Positions 45,765 to 56,984 of a DNA stretch of 64,000 nt are shown here, piece after piece. Source of the stretch: Blepharisma stoltei ATCC 30299 (lineage: Eukaryota; Protista; Ciliophora); assembly GCA_965603825.1 (NCBI GenBank), contig CBFDEM010000036.1, positions 682,001 through 746,000 of the forward strand, read 5' to 3'. A program made the translations under genes and the position numbers. The notes beneath the pieces are model-generated. The model had not been told where the DNA came from and ran no database searches. It saw nothing but the letters and a program-made list of their open reading frames with translations. How positions within the stretch are numbered: position 1 is the first letter of the stretch; every line of letters starts with the position of its first letter.

Positions 45765-48646
45765 TTATTTTTTTAAACTCAAATTTAAATCTCTTATAAT
45801 TCCTTTTTTATTTCCACATGATCCAAGTATTATGCAATTTTCATTTTCATCTTCTCCTCTTAGACTGACATATTCTCCTGATTCAGAGTTTAAGTTGAAG
45901 AATTCTAATTGGAAACTTTCTAAATTATCAATTTTACGTAAACTACACAAATAATGAGCTGCAGATTTCGTCAATTTTTCAGGAATTATTTCAAAAATTT
46001 TTTTTTCTATCTGTTTTCCAGCATCATTTTTAGAGGTTTTAAAACATCAAAACTTAATTTTTGAAATAAATTTTCTGTTTTAGTAAATGAATTATTTCAT
46101 GAAGAAAAGTCACTAATATTGCCCCCTTTTGCAACTCAATATCATCTGTTTCTGAGCAGGTTGAAATGAATATAAAATTATTGCAAGTTGATCTACCAAC
46201 AACACCCTTAGTAAATTTTATCAAATATGTCTTTTCTAAAATTTCTTCAACAAAGCCTTCATAATCCGCTTCATTTATTTCTATATCAGTAACAATTTCA
46301 CGGTAGCATTGCATTATAGCTGGAATCTTGGTAAATTCTTTGATTAATATTTTTATGTCACTTCTGATCTCAACAATTCCAAAATTCGCAGATGATTTAT
46401 CAAAGGCGGAAAAGTAAAATTGAGCTTCTATCTTATTAATTAACGGGAAAATCTCCTCAATGCTGCAAAATGTATCGATAACCAATGATTGCAGGACATG
46501 ACCTTTTAGGAAAAGCTTTCGCCATAGCTTATACATATTCTGACTCAGCAGAATTTTGAAAAATGGTTTTATTAAGTGAAAAATTTTACTTGCATCTTGA
46601 CTTTTACTGTTTCCTAAAATTTTATTCATCATTTCAGGTAAGTAAATAAGGAAACATTTGAATCCTTTTGTTCAATCATATTCTACAGAATTAATAAGAT
46701 AGTTATAATCATCTGGATACTCTTTTGAGTATTCTTCGCATAATATATTATATCTTGATATATACTTTTCTCTTTGACTTCATAGCTCAGAAGTCGATGA
46801 TTTCATTCAAAATTTCATTAAACCACCAAAAAGATTTGAGGACAGCAATTGAATCATGTTTTTCAAGTCTGAGTCTTTGGGTACAAAGTCTATGCTGATA
46901 ATTTCTTCATTTGCGAAGCTTTCCATTAGATTAATTTGATTTTCTAGAGTTTCATTGTAATTTGCAGGATCACTCATTAGCTCTGCGGCATATTTATTTA
47001 TTTTCTTCAAAAAATCAAAAAATAAGATGCTTGATGGGAGCTCTACACTACGGATTCTTTCTTCAAGATTGTTACATGTTTTAAAACTAATAAAGCTAGA
47101 AAAGCAATTTAGCAACGAATAAGTAGTCCCTGAAAATCGAATGGTAGGGTCTCTAATTCAAGCATAACTATTGACGATTGTATAATTATTTATCAAAACT
47201 CTTGCTGATGTATTTTTTTCTCCTAAATCAAACATAAATATCTTTCTTAAAAACTCATCGATCAATTCTTCACCATAAGAAACGCTGTACTCGCTAAATC
47301 TTGATCTAACATACTCTGTGGAAAATATTGCTTTAATTTTTGATATTTCTTCTTCACATAATTTTTTTGCAAAAGGAAAGTGAAAGCGTGAGATTGCTGC
47401 AATAGAATCAAGCTCGTTAAGAAATAGGTTTTCTTTATTGGAAAACTTGATTGTTCTTACGAAATAGTCGTATATATAATAAGGAACTAGAAAAGATCAA
47501 CCTTCAGGTACCTTTAATTCCTTATAACCATCTTCTTCAAGCTGCTTTCAAAAGCTACCAAATTTAATATCTGTTAATTTCTCACATAGTTTTAGCCAAT
47601 AATGCTTTTGACATGGATTTTCATAAAACAGTCAGCAAATTACCAAAAACATGCTTTTATGGTCTAAAAATTCCATAGAGCTAGAAAATGCTGAAATAGC
47701 TTTTTCGATATGAGGATAAAACTCAGCTAGTTGTTTTATTGATTCGATGCAATTTTTTCAGTCCCGAGGTAGGTGTGAAATTCTTGCCCATAATTTTGAA
47801 TAGTCTAATTGAAATGGCTCGTATTGAATGATATTGTTTTCTTTTCAGTGCTCAGGATCCAAATTTGCTGCTTTAAAACCTTGAATGAGGCTATTTTCAT
47901 TTAAAATTATATTTTCAAGTAAAAATTGAGCTGCTTCATTACTTACAAAATATAATGGCTTGCCAAGAAAGGCAGTTAGTCTATTTCTTATATGTGACTC
48001 CTCGTTTTTATCCATGTATGGTCTTATTATATCTTCCTTTTCCTTTTCCTTTTCCTCTTCCTTCTTCTCTTCCTCTTTTGCCTCCTCTTTCTTTTTTATA
48101 TTTTTCTTCTTTGTTCTTTTCTTTTTTTTCGTTTTTTTCTTCTTCTTTTTTTTCTTCTTCTTTTCGTTCTTCTTCTTCTTCTTCTTCTTCTTTTTCTTTT
48201 TCTTTTTCTTTTTCTTTTTCTTTTTCTTTTTCTTTTTCTTTTTCTTTTTCTTTTTCTTTTTCTTTTTCTTTTTCTTTTTCTTTTTCTTTTTCTTTTTCTT
48301 TTTCTTTTTCTTTTTCTTTTTCTTCTTCTTTTTCTTTTTCTTCTTCTTCTTTTTCGTTTTCTTCATCTTCATCTTCATCTTCTTCTTCTTCTTCTTCATC
48401 TTCTTCTTCTTCGCCTTCCCCGCTCTCATTCCTCAGTCTTTTTAGTGGTAAATTTATAGTATTTTTTCTTTGTTCTAAAATTTCATAAAACTGTTCAGCA
48501 AACGCTAAAAGCATGCAAAGTTTATGTTTTGGCTCAGGCCCATTAAATCTAATATTTAAAAGGATACAGCTGTCTGAGAGAAGATACCCTACTTCAGTCT
48601 CATACAAGAAATTAGACCAATATGTATGATTTAACGCTTCTTCTAA
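45765..48646 (-). pseudogene. array copy D: 5'-truncated and frameshifted
   Basis: Homology to copy A ends at about 48646. Frame change within the GA-rich tract; deletion after HEIIHLL gives a premature TAA at 46054. Confidence 0.8.
48191..48322. repeat. (TTTTTC)22 microsatellite inside a larger CT-rich tract (about 48030-48420)
   Basis: Perfect hexamer run, read directly. Confidence 0.92.
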
Positions 48647-48938
48647 CTCCCCCTTCGTAAAAGAATTATTAATAAAATTATTTTATAAAAACTCTAGGAT
48701 ATATTGCTTATTATCGCTTGAGAAGCAATGGTTTCTCTTTAAGCCTCTAAATAATTGAAGCTCTATCTTTAAATAAATCATAATGATTTAATTAAAATTC
48801 TGCCAATTAATTTTTATAAACTTTATTTAAATTATGCTCTAAAAACACTTCAATTGTTTACTTTATAGGATTTACTCAAACTTTCCCATAGGCATCAGTT
48901 GATTATAAAGAAATCATAAAAAAGTCTCTCTATTAGAA

Positions 48939-50105
48939 ATGTCTTTAGAATTTGATTGCTCATGGAAAGTTCTGACTTCTATAATTTTGCGTAACCTCCA
49001 AGGACCTCCTTCTCCACTAGAGCTTCAAATATCAAGCTTATCTAAAGACTTTCAGCTAAAACTTCCTCATTCTCCTTCATGTAATCCCTCATGGCCAAAT
49101 CTCAACATTTTTAGCTCCCTCTTTCCCATCTCAATAAAAATTTCTAATCCCTCCGATGAACTAATTTTAGAAACTGTATTAGACCCACGGCATATGTATT
49201 TTATTGCAAACGATCTATCAAGTTTAGAAAACTTCAGCCATTGCGCTTGGCTGTTTGAATTTTCAGAAAATGGGTATTACACAAACCAAGAAAATGCAAG
49301 TGAGCTTATAGCAATCGCAAGCAATTGTTCAGCTCAGCAGAAACTGCAGGCGACTCAAGATGCTGTTTCAAGAGTCATTTCGTTTCAGGATCTTAAAAGG
49401 CGATATGAAGAGTTGCTAGGAGGAAGAAAAAGATTATCAGATTTATCATTGAGGCTAAAAGAGTTAAGGAGCCAAAGTTCTAAGTTCCTCGTAAACAAAA
49501 AATCTGATTTTTCAAGTTTGGGTATAAAACAAAGCACAGAATCAGAATTAAATGATACCCAAAAGTCAGCAATAAACTCCAGTAATTTAGACCAAAGTTC
49601 TAAATCTCTTATCACTGATAACTCTGGACAGCTTCAAGTTGCAGAAAAATTACTGAATGCTCACAATAAAAAATACAAGTTAAGAAGCGAAAATACTCAA
49701 ATAGAATTCAAAGAACTCCCAAAAAAGCATGAAATCCTCCAAATCCGCCGACTAAAAATGACAGGAGAACTTTATGAAATTTTTAAAGTAACTCGAGCTA
49801 TTAACCTGTTTTATGAGAATTCTGACGGCATATTAAATGATGAAGAAAACAACTATCGGCTTGGATACAGTGCACACATTTTGCAGGTTTTATCTGATCT
49901 CTATAGGATCCCAGTAAGATTTCCTATGAAATTCAGAGGCTCAACATCAAGTATTTTTGCAAACGGAAAAGAATTTCCGCTGTATAGATATGGAAAGGCA
50001 CAAGAACTAACAAAGTTTAACATTGCCATGCAATGCTTAAGATTTAACATAGCTCAAATTCTTGATATTGTTCCTCCTCTTATGTCATTTGATGATATTA
50101 ATTAA
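48939..50105 (+). CDS. UVRAG/Vps38 (Atg14-family) PI3K complex subunit
   Basis: Coiled coil followed by LGYSAHILQVLS.LY.IP.RFPM.FRGSTSSI...FPLY...KF..AM..L..NIAQ. Confidence 0.75.
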   Translation: MSLEFDCSWKVLTSIILRNLQGPPSPLELQISSLSKDFQLKLPHSPSCNPSWPNLNIFSSLFPISIKISNPSDELILETVLDPRHMYFIANDLSSLENFSHCAWLFEFSENGYYTNQENASELIAIASNCSAQQKLQATQDAVSRVISFQDLKRRYEELLGGRKRLSDLSLRLKELRSQSSKFLVNKKSDFSSLGIKQSTESELNDTQKSAINSSNLDQSSKSLITDNSGQLQVAEKLLNAHNKKYKLRSENTQIEFKELPKKHEILQIRRLKMTGELYEIFKVTRAINLFYENSDGILNDEENNYRLGYSAHILQVLSDLYRIPVRFPMKFRGSTSSIFANGKEFPLYRYGKAQELTKFNIAMQCLRFNIAQILDIVPPLMSFDDIN

Positions 50106-50125
50106 TATTTATTCCTTAAATTGCG

Positions 50126-51124
50126 CTAAATTAAATATATTTCTTCATATGGATTGTGTAGATACATTACATCATAGCTTTGTAATGAATGATTTATGTA
50201 ATCGTCATCATTAAGAAAACGATTTGGATTTTTCGATAATTCTTCAGCGAAAAACCGAGCAAAATAATGTCCCATTTCTATTGCTCGAATATCATGATTT
50301 ATGGTTGAAAAGAAAAATTCGTAAGCTGATTTTTCAGGGTGAAACATGAAACCATAAAATGGATACTTTTTACCTTCGGCAAGAACAATATTTGTTAAAC
50401 CTTGACGGTCTTTGGAATAAGCTATTGGCTCAAACATTTCTTGTAATTGAGGGTATTCTAAATAAAATGTACTTAAATAAGTAGTTGGGCTAATACCTTT
50501 ATTGTGATTTTCAAATGTAATATTACCCATACTCATAAAGTTTAGTAATTCTGGAGGAGCATTTTTTAATATTTTTGATGTCGTGGCTTTTTCACTGAAG
50601 AATAAATTTGTCCTATATCTCGTTGAATTAAAGCTTTCCAATATATACTCATTTACTGTATTAATAAAAAGTACCTCAAAACCTAAACAAGTTCCGAAAA
50701 TTGGGAAATATATTCCATTATCATTCTTTTCAATGGCCTTTTGTATTATATACATCACCTTTCGCATAAATTTGCTATATTTCATAACTCCAGCATCATC
50801 ATAATAAACAAGTAATGATCTTCCTCCTGTAAAAAGAATTCCTTATTAGAGGATACCATTGACTTTTGACATGATACAATCAATTTCCTCATAAGTTGAA
50901 TTATATAAAATCGATACTGGTCTTATTCCTGCTGATTCTATATGATCGACATATGACCCTGGAAAATACATTGTGTATGATGAATTCGCTAAAACGTCTT
51001 TTCTCTCTATTGGTGTGGATAATATACCTATGGTGGGAAAGTAACTTGATTCAGAATTTCCTTCATTAATAAAAGAGAGGCAAGAAGCTGTGGCTATAAA
51101 AACAGGAACAAGCAGAAATTTCAT
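50126..51124 (-). CDS. GGH: gamma-glutamyl hydrolase (peptidase C26); 1 intron
   Basis: Signal peptide, PTIGILS, SYV..IESAG, NGILFTGG after splicing, FPIFGTCLGFE, FHPEK. Confidence 0.9.
50842..50856 (-). other. 15-nt spliceosomal intron
   Basis: gtatcctctaataag; in-frame TAA. Confidence 0.88.
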
Positions 51125-51526
51125 CTTTAATTATAATCAGTGATTGAGACGTTAAAAATAGATTGCTTGATAAAATTTATGAAAGATTAAAAATGAAAAG
51201 ACAAATTATAATTATCAAATAAGTATAAGTTGCAAAAGATTAAAAGTCTAAAGTTTTCTATTGAATACTCTCTATGATTCAAATACGAAATTCTTTTATA
51301 ATTAAGTAAATCTATTTATTATAAAAACTGCGTGATTTATTAGATATTAAAAAAGCTGGAATAGTGTTTATCAGTCTGATAATAAATTTATTTTCCTCTT
51401 TTATCTAGATATTTGTTTTTTATATTATATTATCATTTTATGATTTTGTGCATCCTGTTTCATTATCAATTATTTTTTTAATATTTATTTATGCTAAATA
51501 TCATTAATTCCTTAGCATTCTTAGCT

Positions 51527-52222
51527 TTAAAGCTTGATATATCCATTGAAAATTTCATTTCTTCTTGTTCTTAATTGCCTAAATGCGACAATAGCAGCTA
51601 TCGCAATTCCACACCCTAAAGTGATTTGGCTAGTTTTTGTCCAACTCTCTTGAACTGCAGTTACGGTATCTTCACCACAAAATTTTTCAATACACTGAGG
51701 AATGCATGGATCTGCCTTCTTTCCCATGCATAATTCATTACATAAATTTTGACAATCCGGATCTATCTCAGTTTGATCTTGAGTTTGAATTGGAATTGCG
51801 GGTGGATTCGAATATGTGGAAATTGAAGCAATTTGGCTATCTGAAGGATTTTTTGGATTATTTGAGCTTGATTCAGAAGCTGTAGCATTTGAACTTGTAT
51901 TTGAGGGTGGAGTAGGAATTAAATAAGATTTGCATCCGCAGAAATTAAAGCAATCGAAAAGTTTTTTTTCTTTGTTGCAGTCTTCTAAACAATAAAGACT
52001 GCAGCCCATCTTCTCTTCAAACCATTTGATATCTTCATCAGTCACATTTCTAAAGTTAATCTTGTTATCTTCGAAATCTACTGAAAACGCTTCTGTCATA
52101 TAGGATGCTTCAAGACACTCACATTTGAGATCACATGAAGGCTTGTCTATGCAATTTGGATAGCAAGATATTTTGCAGCTGTTAACGAAAGATAAGAAGC
52201 TCCAAAATAGTAAGACCATCAT
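51527..52222 (-). CDS. Cys-rich type I membrane/surface protein
   Basis: Signal peptide, C...C...C clusters, S/T/P linker, TM helix, short tail ending YIKL. Confidence 0.75.
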   Translation of the reverse strand: MMVLLFWSFLSFVNSCKISCYPNCIDKPSCDLKCECLEASYMTEAFSVDFEDNKINFRNVTDEDIKWFEEKMGCSLYCLEDCNKEKKLFDCFNFCGCKSYLIPTPPSNTSSNATASESSSNNPKNPSDSQIASISTYSNPPAIPIQTQDQTEIDPDCQNLCNELCMGKKADPCIPQCIEKFCGEDTVTAVQESWTKTSQITLGCGIAIAAIVAFRQLRTRRNEIFNGYIKL

Positions 52223-52379
52223 TGGATTATATTTTCTGGCATTTAAGTTCTTAGATAATTAGAAAAATCAACTTATTTACTTTTAGTTGGATGTCAAAGC
52301 ATGCATCCATTGCAACAGAACCATTTTTCTTTTATTTCTTTTAAAGATTAATTTCCTAATGCTTCTTTATTATTCTACA

Positions 52380-53427
52380 TTAGATATTAGGGTTAAGCTC
52401 TTTTAATGCTTGTCTAAATTTATTCTCAGGAATATAATTCCCTACACAAATATCAGTTTTTTTCCTGCAATGAGTACTTCTCACAGGCTTCGGCAAGCTT
52501 GGCAAGCACGGCACAGCTTCTTCTGATATATCCTCTTCAAAAGATCTTTCATCAAATGTGTCAATAATATATGTTGAAATACTCTCTAGCGTTTCCATAT
52601 CTCTGGGTTTATTATGATCTCCAGTAATTTCCATCAATGAAACACTATTCCCCTTTTCCAATATGTTGTATGAATGCTTTATTGGGACCATTTCGTCTTC
52701 TGGACTATGGAGTAAAAATATTTTTGATTTTATTTTTTCAATTACATTCATAACATTGACTTGGCTGATATAAAATTTACCATATATCAAAATTTCCTTC
52801 CTTAAGTACAACTTTTCTCAGTCCACGGACAATTAAATTTGATAAAAAGGCTGGGAGTTTCTAAATATAAATTACTGCATAGTTTTTGACAAGGTCTGTA
52901 CAAAGCTCATCTAAGCTAGAAAAAGGAGATTCTGCTACCACAAAATCAATGCTCTGATCTGAGCTTGCATATAGTAAGCAAGCAACTGCTCCCATAGATC
53001 TTCCTCATAGTCCAATTCTAGTAATGTGAGATCTTGATAAATATTCAATAACCGCACGTATATCATCTTGCTCGAAATATCCCATCGACAAAAAATCCCC
53101 TTCAGAAAGGCCAGCCCCAGAAAAATCAAAGCAGAATAAGCTGATGCCGTTTGGTAAAATATAAGCAAGAGAATCTAAGCAATCCATTCTGCTTCCTGAA
53201 TTTCCATGGCAATAAATCACACACGGAATGCTTAGATTTGAATTCTTTGGAATAAAATGTGAGCAAGCTAAATTCAATCCTCTTGAATTTTTAATTTGAA
53301 TATCTTGACGGATAAAATCTTGACCAAAAATTTCAAGTCTTTTTGATCCTAATTCAATTGTAGAATAATTAGTCCTGATTTATAATTACCTTGGAGGACG
53401 AATTAGTAAGTTTGCTATCGTCTTCAT
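52380..53427 (-). CDS. alpha/beta-hydrolase (ABHD-like), 333 aa; 3 introns
   Basis: IRPPR, YCHGNSG, FDFSG.G.SEG, W(TGA)GRSMG nucleophile, D in HSPEDEMV, H in GDHN; introns 53375-53389, 52861-52875, 52765-52780. Confidence 0.9.
52765..52780 (-). other. 16-nt spliceosomal intron
   Basis: gtaaattttatatcag; restores the frame. Confidence 0.85.
52861..52875 (-). other. 15-nt spliceosomal intron
   Basis: gtaatttatatttag; in-frame TAG. Confidence 0.88.
53375..53389 (-). other. 15-nt spliceosomal intron
   Basis: gtaattataaatcag; in-frame TAA. Confidence 0.88.
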
Positions 53428-54062
53428 ATTTTGAAATATTGCTAATAAAAATATTAGAAAAATGAATAAAATTGACGGACGATTTAAATAAGTCGACAGA
53501 TGCTACTTGCAAAAATTTTATTATTAATAAATAAAATGATTTTAAAGAGTTTTATCGGGGTCATCAAATGAAAATTTAAATATTTTTTACTTTATATTTT
53601 GAAAAACGCATAAATGATCAATAATTTTTATAAAGAAAATACAGTTACAAGTAAGCAAATCTTACTATACAATATTTCAAAAAATATATGAGTAAGAGCC
53701 CTACAATAAAATTAAGATGTCAATCATGATATTACTTACCTAAATTATTATAATAAAGATTTAAGCTATTTAGCGAGTATAAGGAAATAGAAAGATTTGA
53801 AATAATTTTAATACAAAATTCCATAGATATTTAAATACTAAGCGAATAGAAAAATAGATAATAGCCTTTTCACTTTTTAATTAGCTTTAGAGTATATCAT
53901 AAAAATATGCTAAAGTGGGGTATTTTTTATTCCCACTATTTAAATAATATTTTTTCCCTAACTTAACCGATCATAATTTTGTCAAAAATTAAATTTTTTT
54001 AAATAAAAGAGCCATTTTATTGCTTTGTAATTCATAAAATAGTTCTGACATTATTATTCAAT

Positions 54063-54527
54063 ATGGAAGAAACTCTTCACACTTCTCATCATCTAATACA
54101 AGGTCTCAGATGCGATTATTCTGGCTGTGGTAAAATTTTGAGCTCAAAATACAACCTGAAACGCCATATCGAGTCCTGTCACTATGGTTACCGTCCTTAT
54201 GAGTGCCCAGTTTGTTTTAAGCGTTTTTCGTCAAAGCAGAATAAAAGGGAGCATGTAAGACTAGAGCATAACTATTCCCATGACGATTATCGGGCTCCTA
54301 CAAGTATAGATAGTCGAAATGTTTATATAGGAATCCCAAAATTAACCTCAATGCTACTGAAATCGCAAGACCCTGACATACGCCCGCTATCAAGAATAGA
54401 AAGGTTTTACCTTTACGCAGAAGCAATGTTCTCTTATCATTTGTACCCTGTTGAAACAGAAAGAATGATTCTAGAGACTGACTTGCCTTCTTTTGAAGCG
54501 ACCAAGAAAATGTTGAAACTAAACTAA
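54063..54527 (+). CDS. C2H2 zinc-finger protein (two fingers)
   Basis: CDYSGCGK...LKRHIESCH and CPVCFKRF...REHVRLEH. Confidence 0.88.
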   Translation: MEETLHTSHHLIQGLRCDYSGCGKILSSKYNLKRHIESCHYGYRPYECPVCFKRFSSKQNKREHVRLEHNYSHDDYRAPTSIDSRNVYIGIPKLTSMLLKSQDPDIRPLSRIERFYLYAEAMFSYHLYPVETERMILETDLPSFEATKKMLKLN

Positions 54528-55067
54528 ATGGCTATAATTTTAGATTTTTATCAATAAAATTTGAGTTAAATTTAATTTTTTGTGGCTTTTTCGAAAGCAA
54601 TCAGTAAGTAGTTAACATTGAAATAACCTTCCAATGTGGAAATTTCGATCATTGCATGAAAAAGGATTTTTAAGTATTCTATAGATTGCTGGTGTATTTA
54701 TTTGGAAATTAAGTTTATTTTGTTGAAACCCCCTCAAGTTTTTAAAATAATGCTTTCTTGGTGGATTTTATTAAAGAAATTTTTTTATGGTGGACTTGGA
54801 AGATAATTGGTGAAAAATAAAAACTCTTAAAAGGAGAAAAAATTACCTCATAGTTATTGGCAGCACAACCTTAAAAATTTATTCCCAAAGCCTTCTTACT
54901 TTGATGCTTCATCTTGGTATAAATTAATGGATTTTTATTGCTAATTAAAATATGAATACTTAATTAATCAAATTTATTTTACTTAAATCCTAATTTAGGC
55001 TCATTTACTGACAAACATAAATTTTAAAAAATCCCAAGATTCACAAGAAAAATATTTTACAATATAA

Positions 55068-55838
55068 TTATTGAATTTGTATTTGGTAGGCTTGCCTCCC
55101 TTTAAACTTTTCCCAAAGCCTCGCACATTCTAATCCGCAATCATTTTCTTTTCCTCTGCAATTATCTCTTTTCATCAGTGTGAGTTCGTCATCATCAATC
55201 ATTAAAGCTAAATTTCCATCTCCTCCAGCATTAATAAACATATCATATTTTTCTGAATATCTAAACATTTTCCTTTCTTCCCTTTCTCTAAACATCCTCA
55301 GCTGGCATACAAATCCCAAGTTAGGATCAGCTTCTGGATGAATATTTTTTATTCTCCGAAATGCTTCTGATTCACTTATCCCTTCATCATGCATCAAAAA
55401 TGCACAGGCTATAGTAGGTGCTCTTGAGATGCCTCTTAAGCAGTGTATCAGCACTTTTCCTCCGTTTTCAACTGCAGATGAAATAAATTCGATGGAGAAA
55501 TATATGAAAAAAAGAATATCAATTTTTGGGTTATCTGGAATTTTTAAACTTTTGTAATTAAATTGATCTGGGAATCTGTTTGGGCATTTTTCTTCACCAA
55601 CGAGGTTTAAGATGTGAGTTATTCCTTCAGACCGCAGGAGAGGAGAATTTGAAGCTGCATGGTACCCTGATATGTAAAGATTTGGAGAAATTTGTATTAA
55701 TGTGTTGATAGTAGGAGATGAAGGCACTTCTGAAACTTGAAGTGTAGGCATTTTTAAAGTAGGAGGAGGTCCTCGTTTACGCTTTGGCATAACATGCGCA
55801 ACCTCAGATTGAATTGCACCAGACATAATTATTACCAT
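55068..55838 (-). CDS. dual-specificity protein phosphatase
   Basis: LYISG, GITHILN, VLIHCLRGISRA, PNLGF..QL; start at first ATG (55838) or 55826. Confidence 0.9.
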   Translation of the reverse strand: MVIIMSGAIQSEVAHVMPKRKRGPPPTLKMPTLQVSEVPSSPTINTLIQISPNLYISGYHAASNSPLLRSEGITHILNLVGEEKCPNRFPDQFNYKSLKIPDNPKIDILFFIYFSIEFISSAVENGGKVLIHCLRGISRAPTIACAFLMHDEGISESEAFRRIKNIHPEADPNLGFVCQLRMFREREERKMFRYSEKYDMFINAGGDGNLALMIDDDELTLMKRDNCRGKENDCGLECARLWEKFKGRQAYQIQIQ

Positions 55839-56447
55839 TTTAGACAATTATCTTTTTGCTGAGTGGACACGTGTACTGGTGGAAAAAACAATGTGAAAGG
55901 AAGATGAATAAAAGGTTATTAAGAATAGTTTTCTAGTAAATGTTTGGGGCTGCATAAGTAAACTTTCAGCGTAGATAAAATCATTGATTCGGAAGACAAG
56001 CTGAGGTTATCTGTGCCAATTTAAAATTATGAATATGGAATTAATTAGGTAATATTAAAAATTAGCCAAATTTTATATTAAAAGATTTAATATATGAATA
56101 TGAGCATTTAAAAATCTAAAAAAAGTCCTTAAAAACTATATTGTATGTTTTAATCTTGAAATTAATTCACTATTAAGATTTACTTATGGTTTTATTGATT
56201 TCGACAGAATTCCAAGGATAAAAACCATGATTTATGAAGAAAAATTTTAATCAAAATTAAATGCAATTTATTAAGGATAGCGTTTATTTTATGTATAAAT
56301 TCCATTACATCTAATTTTCATAATGATATTATTGCAATCAAATCATTTGTTTTGGTCTCATTTTCCTTGTTTTTCTTCTTCTTTTCCTTTTCTTCTCACA
56401 CTTACTATAATTTCCTACCTCTTCAAAAAACGGATTATTAATTTATT

Positions 56448-56981
56448 ATGAGCGAAGAAGATCGTCTACTCCAAGCTGAAGATGTCCCAGAACAAAAACA
56501 TTATCGCACCAGGCTTGCTTTATTGTCTTCTCTCCTTGAAGGAATTATTGTAAATGTTACCTAGGGTATTGTTGGAATTGTGATTTTGTTATTATATGAT
56601 GACGATTGCGAAAGACCAATTCGCTTATGACTTTATGTTTTGTCCTCAGTTTTCCTGTTTCATGTCATATTTTTAATTTTGGTTGAAGCTGTAGCAAAAA
56701 CTATACAAAAGCGCTCAGGAGCAGGATCATTTTATATTGCATTGAATTCTATGTTACACTCTTTTATCTTCTTATGGATTTTAGTAGGAATTGTATGGAT
56801 TTATGACGACTATGATGAATGCCAAGATGATTTTCCTGAAGGCCATGCTTTTACGCTTTTTGTAGTCTTTTTATACTTGGGGATCTTAGCAGGGATTGTT
56901 CTGGCATTTTTATTGCTAACTTGTGTAGTATGTTTTGGGTCATGGCAAATATCGAGATTTACAAAGGAAATTAAAGATTAG
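56448..56981 (+). CDS. small four-TM membrane protein; 1 intron
   Basis: Intron 56550-56564; C.RPIRL-W(TGA)-L and WILVGIVWIY...C motifs between hydrophobic helices. Confidence 0.75.
56550..56564 (+). other. 15-nt spliceosomal intron
   Basis: gtaaatgttacctag; in-frame TAG. Confidence 0.85.
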
Positions 56982-56984
56982 TAA

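Noticed and set aside
47845-48488. Poly-Lys, poly-Phe and (SF)n ORFs
   Set aside because: Alternative frames of the microsatellite in pseudogene copy D.
37595-48646. Array as autonomous transposons
   Set aside because: No DDE, tyrosine recombinase, RT or Rep/helicase motifs recognised, and no consistent element termini.
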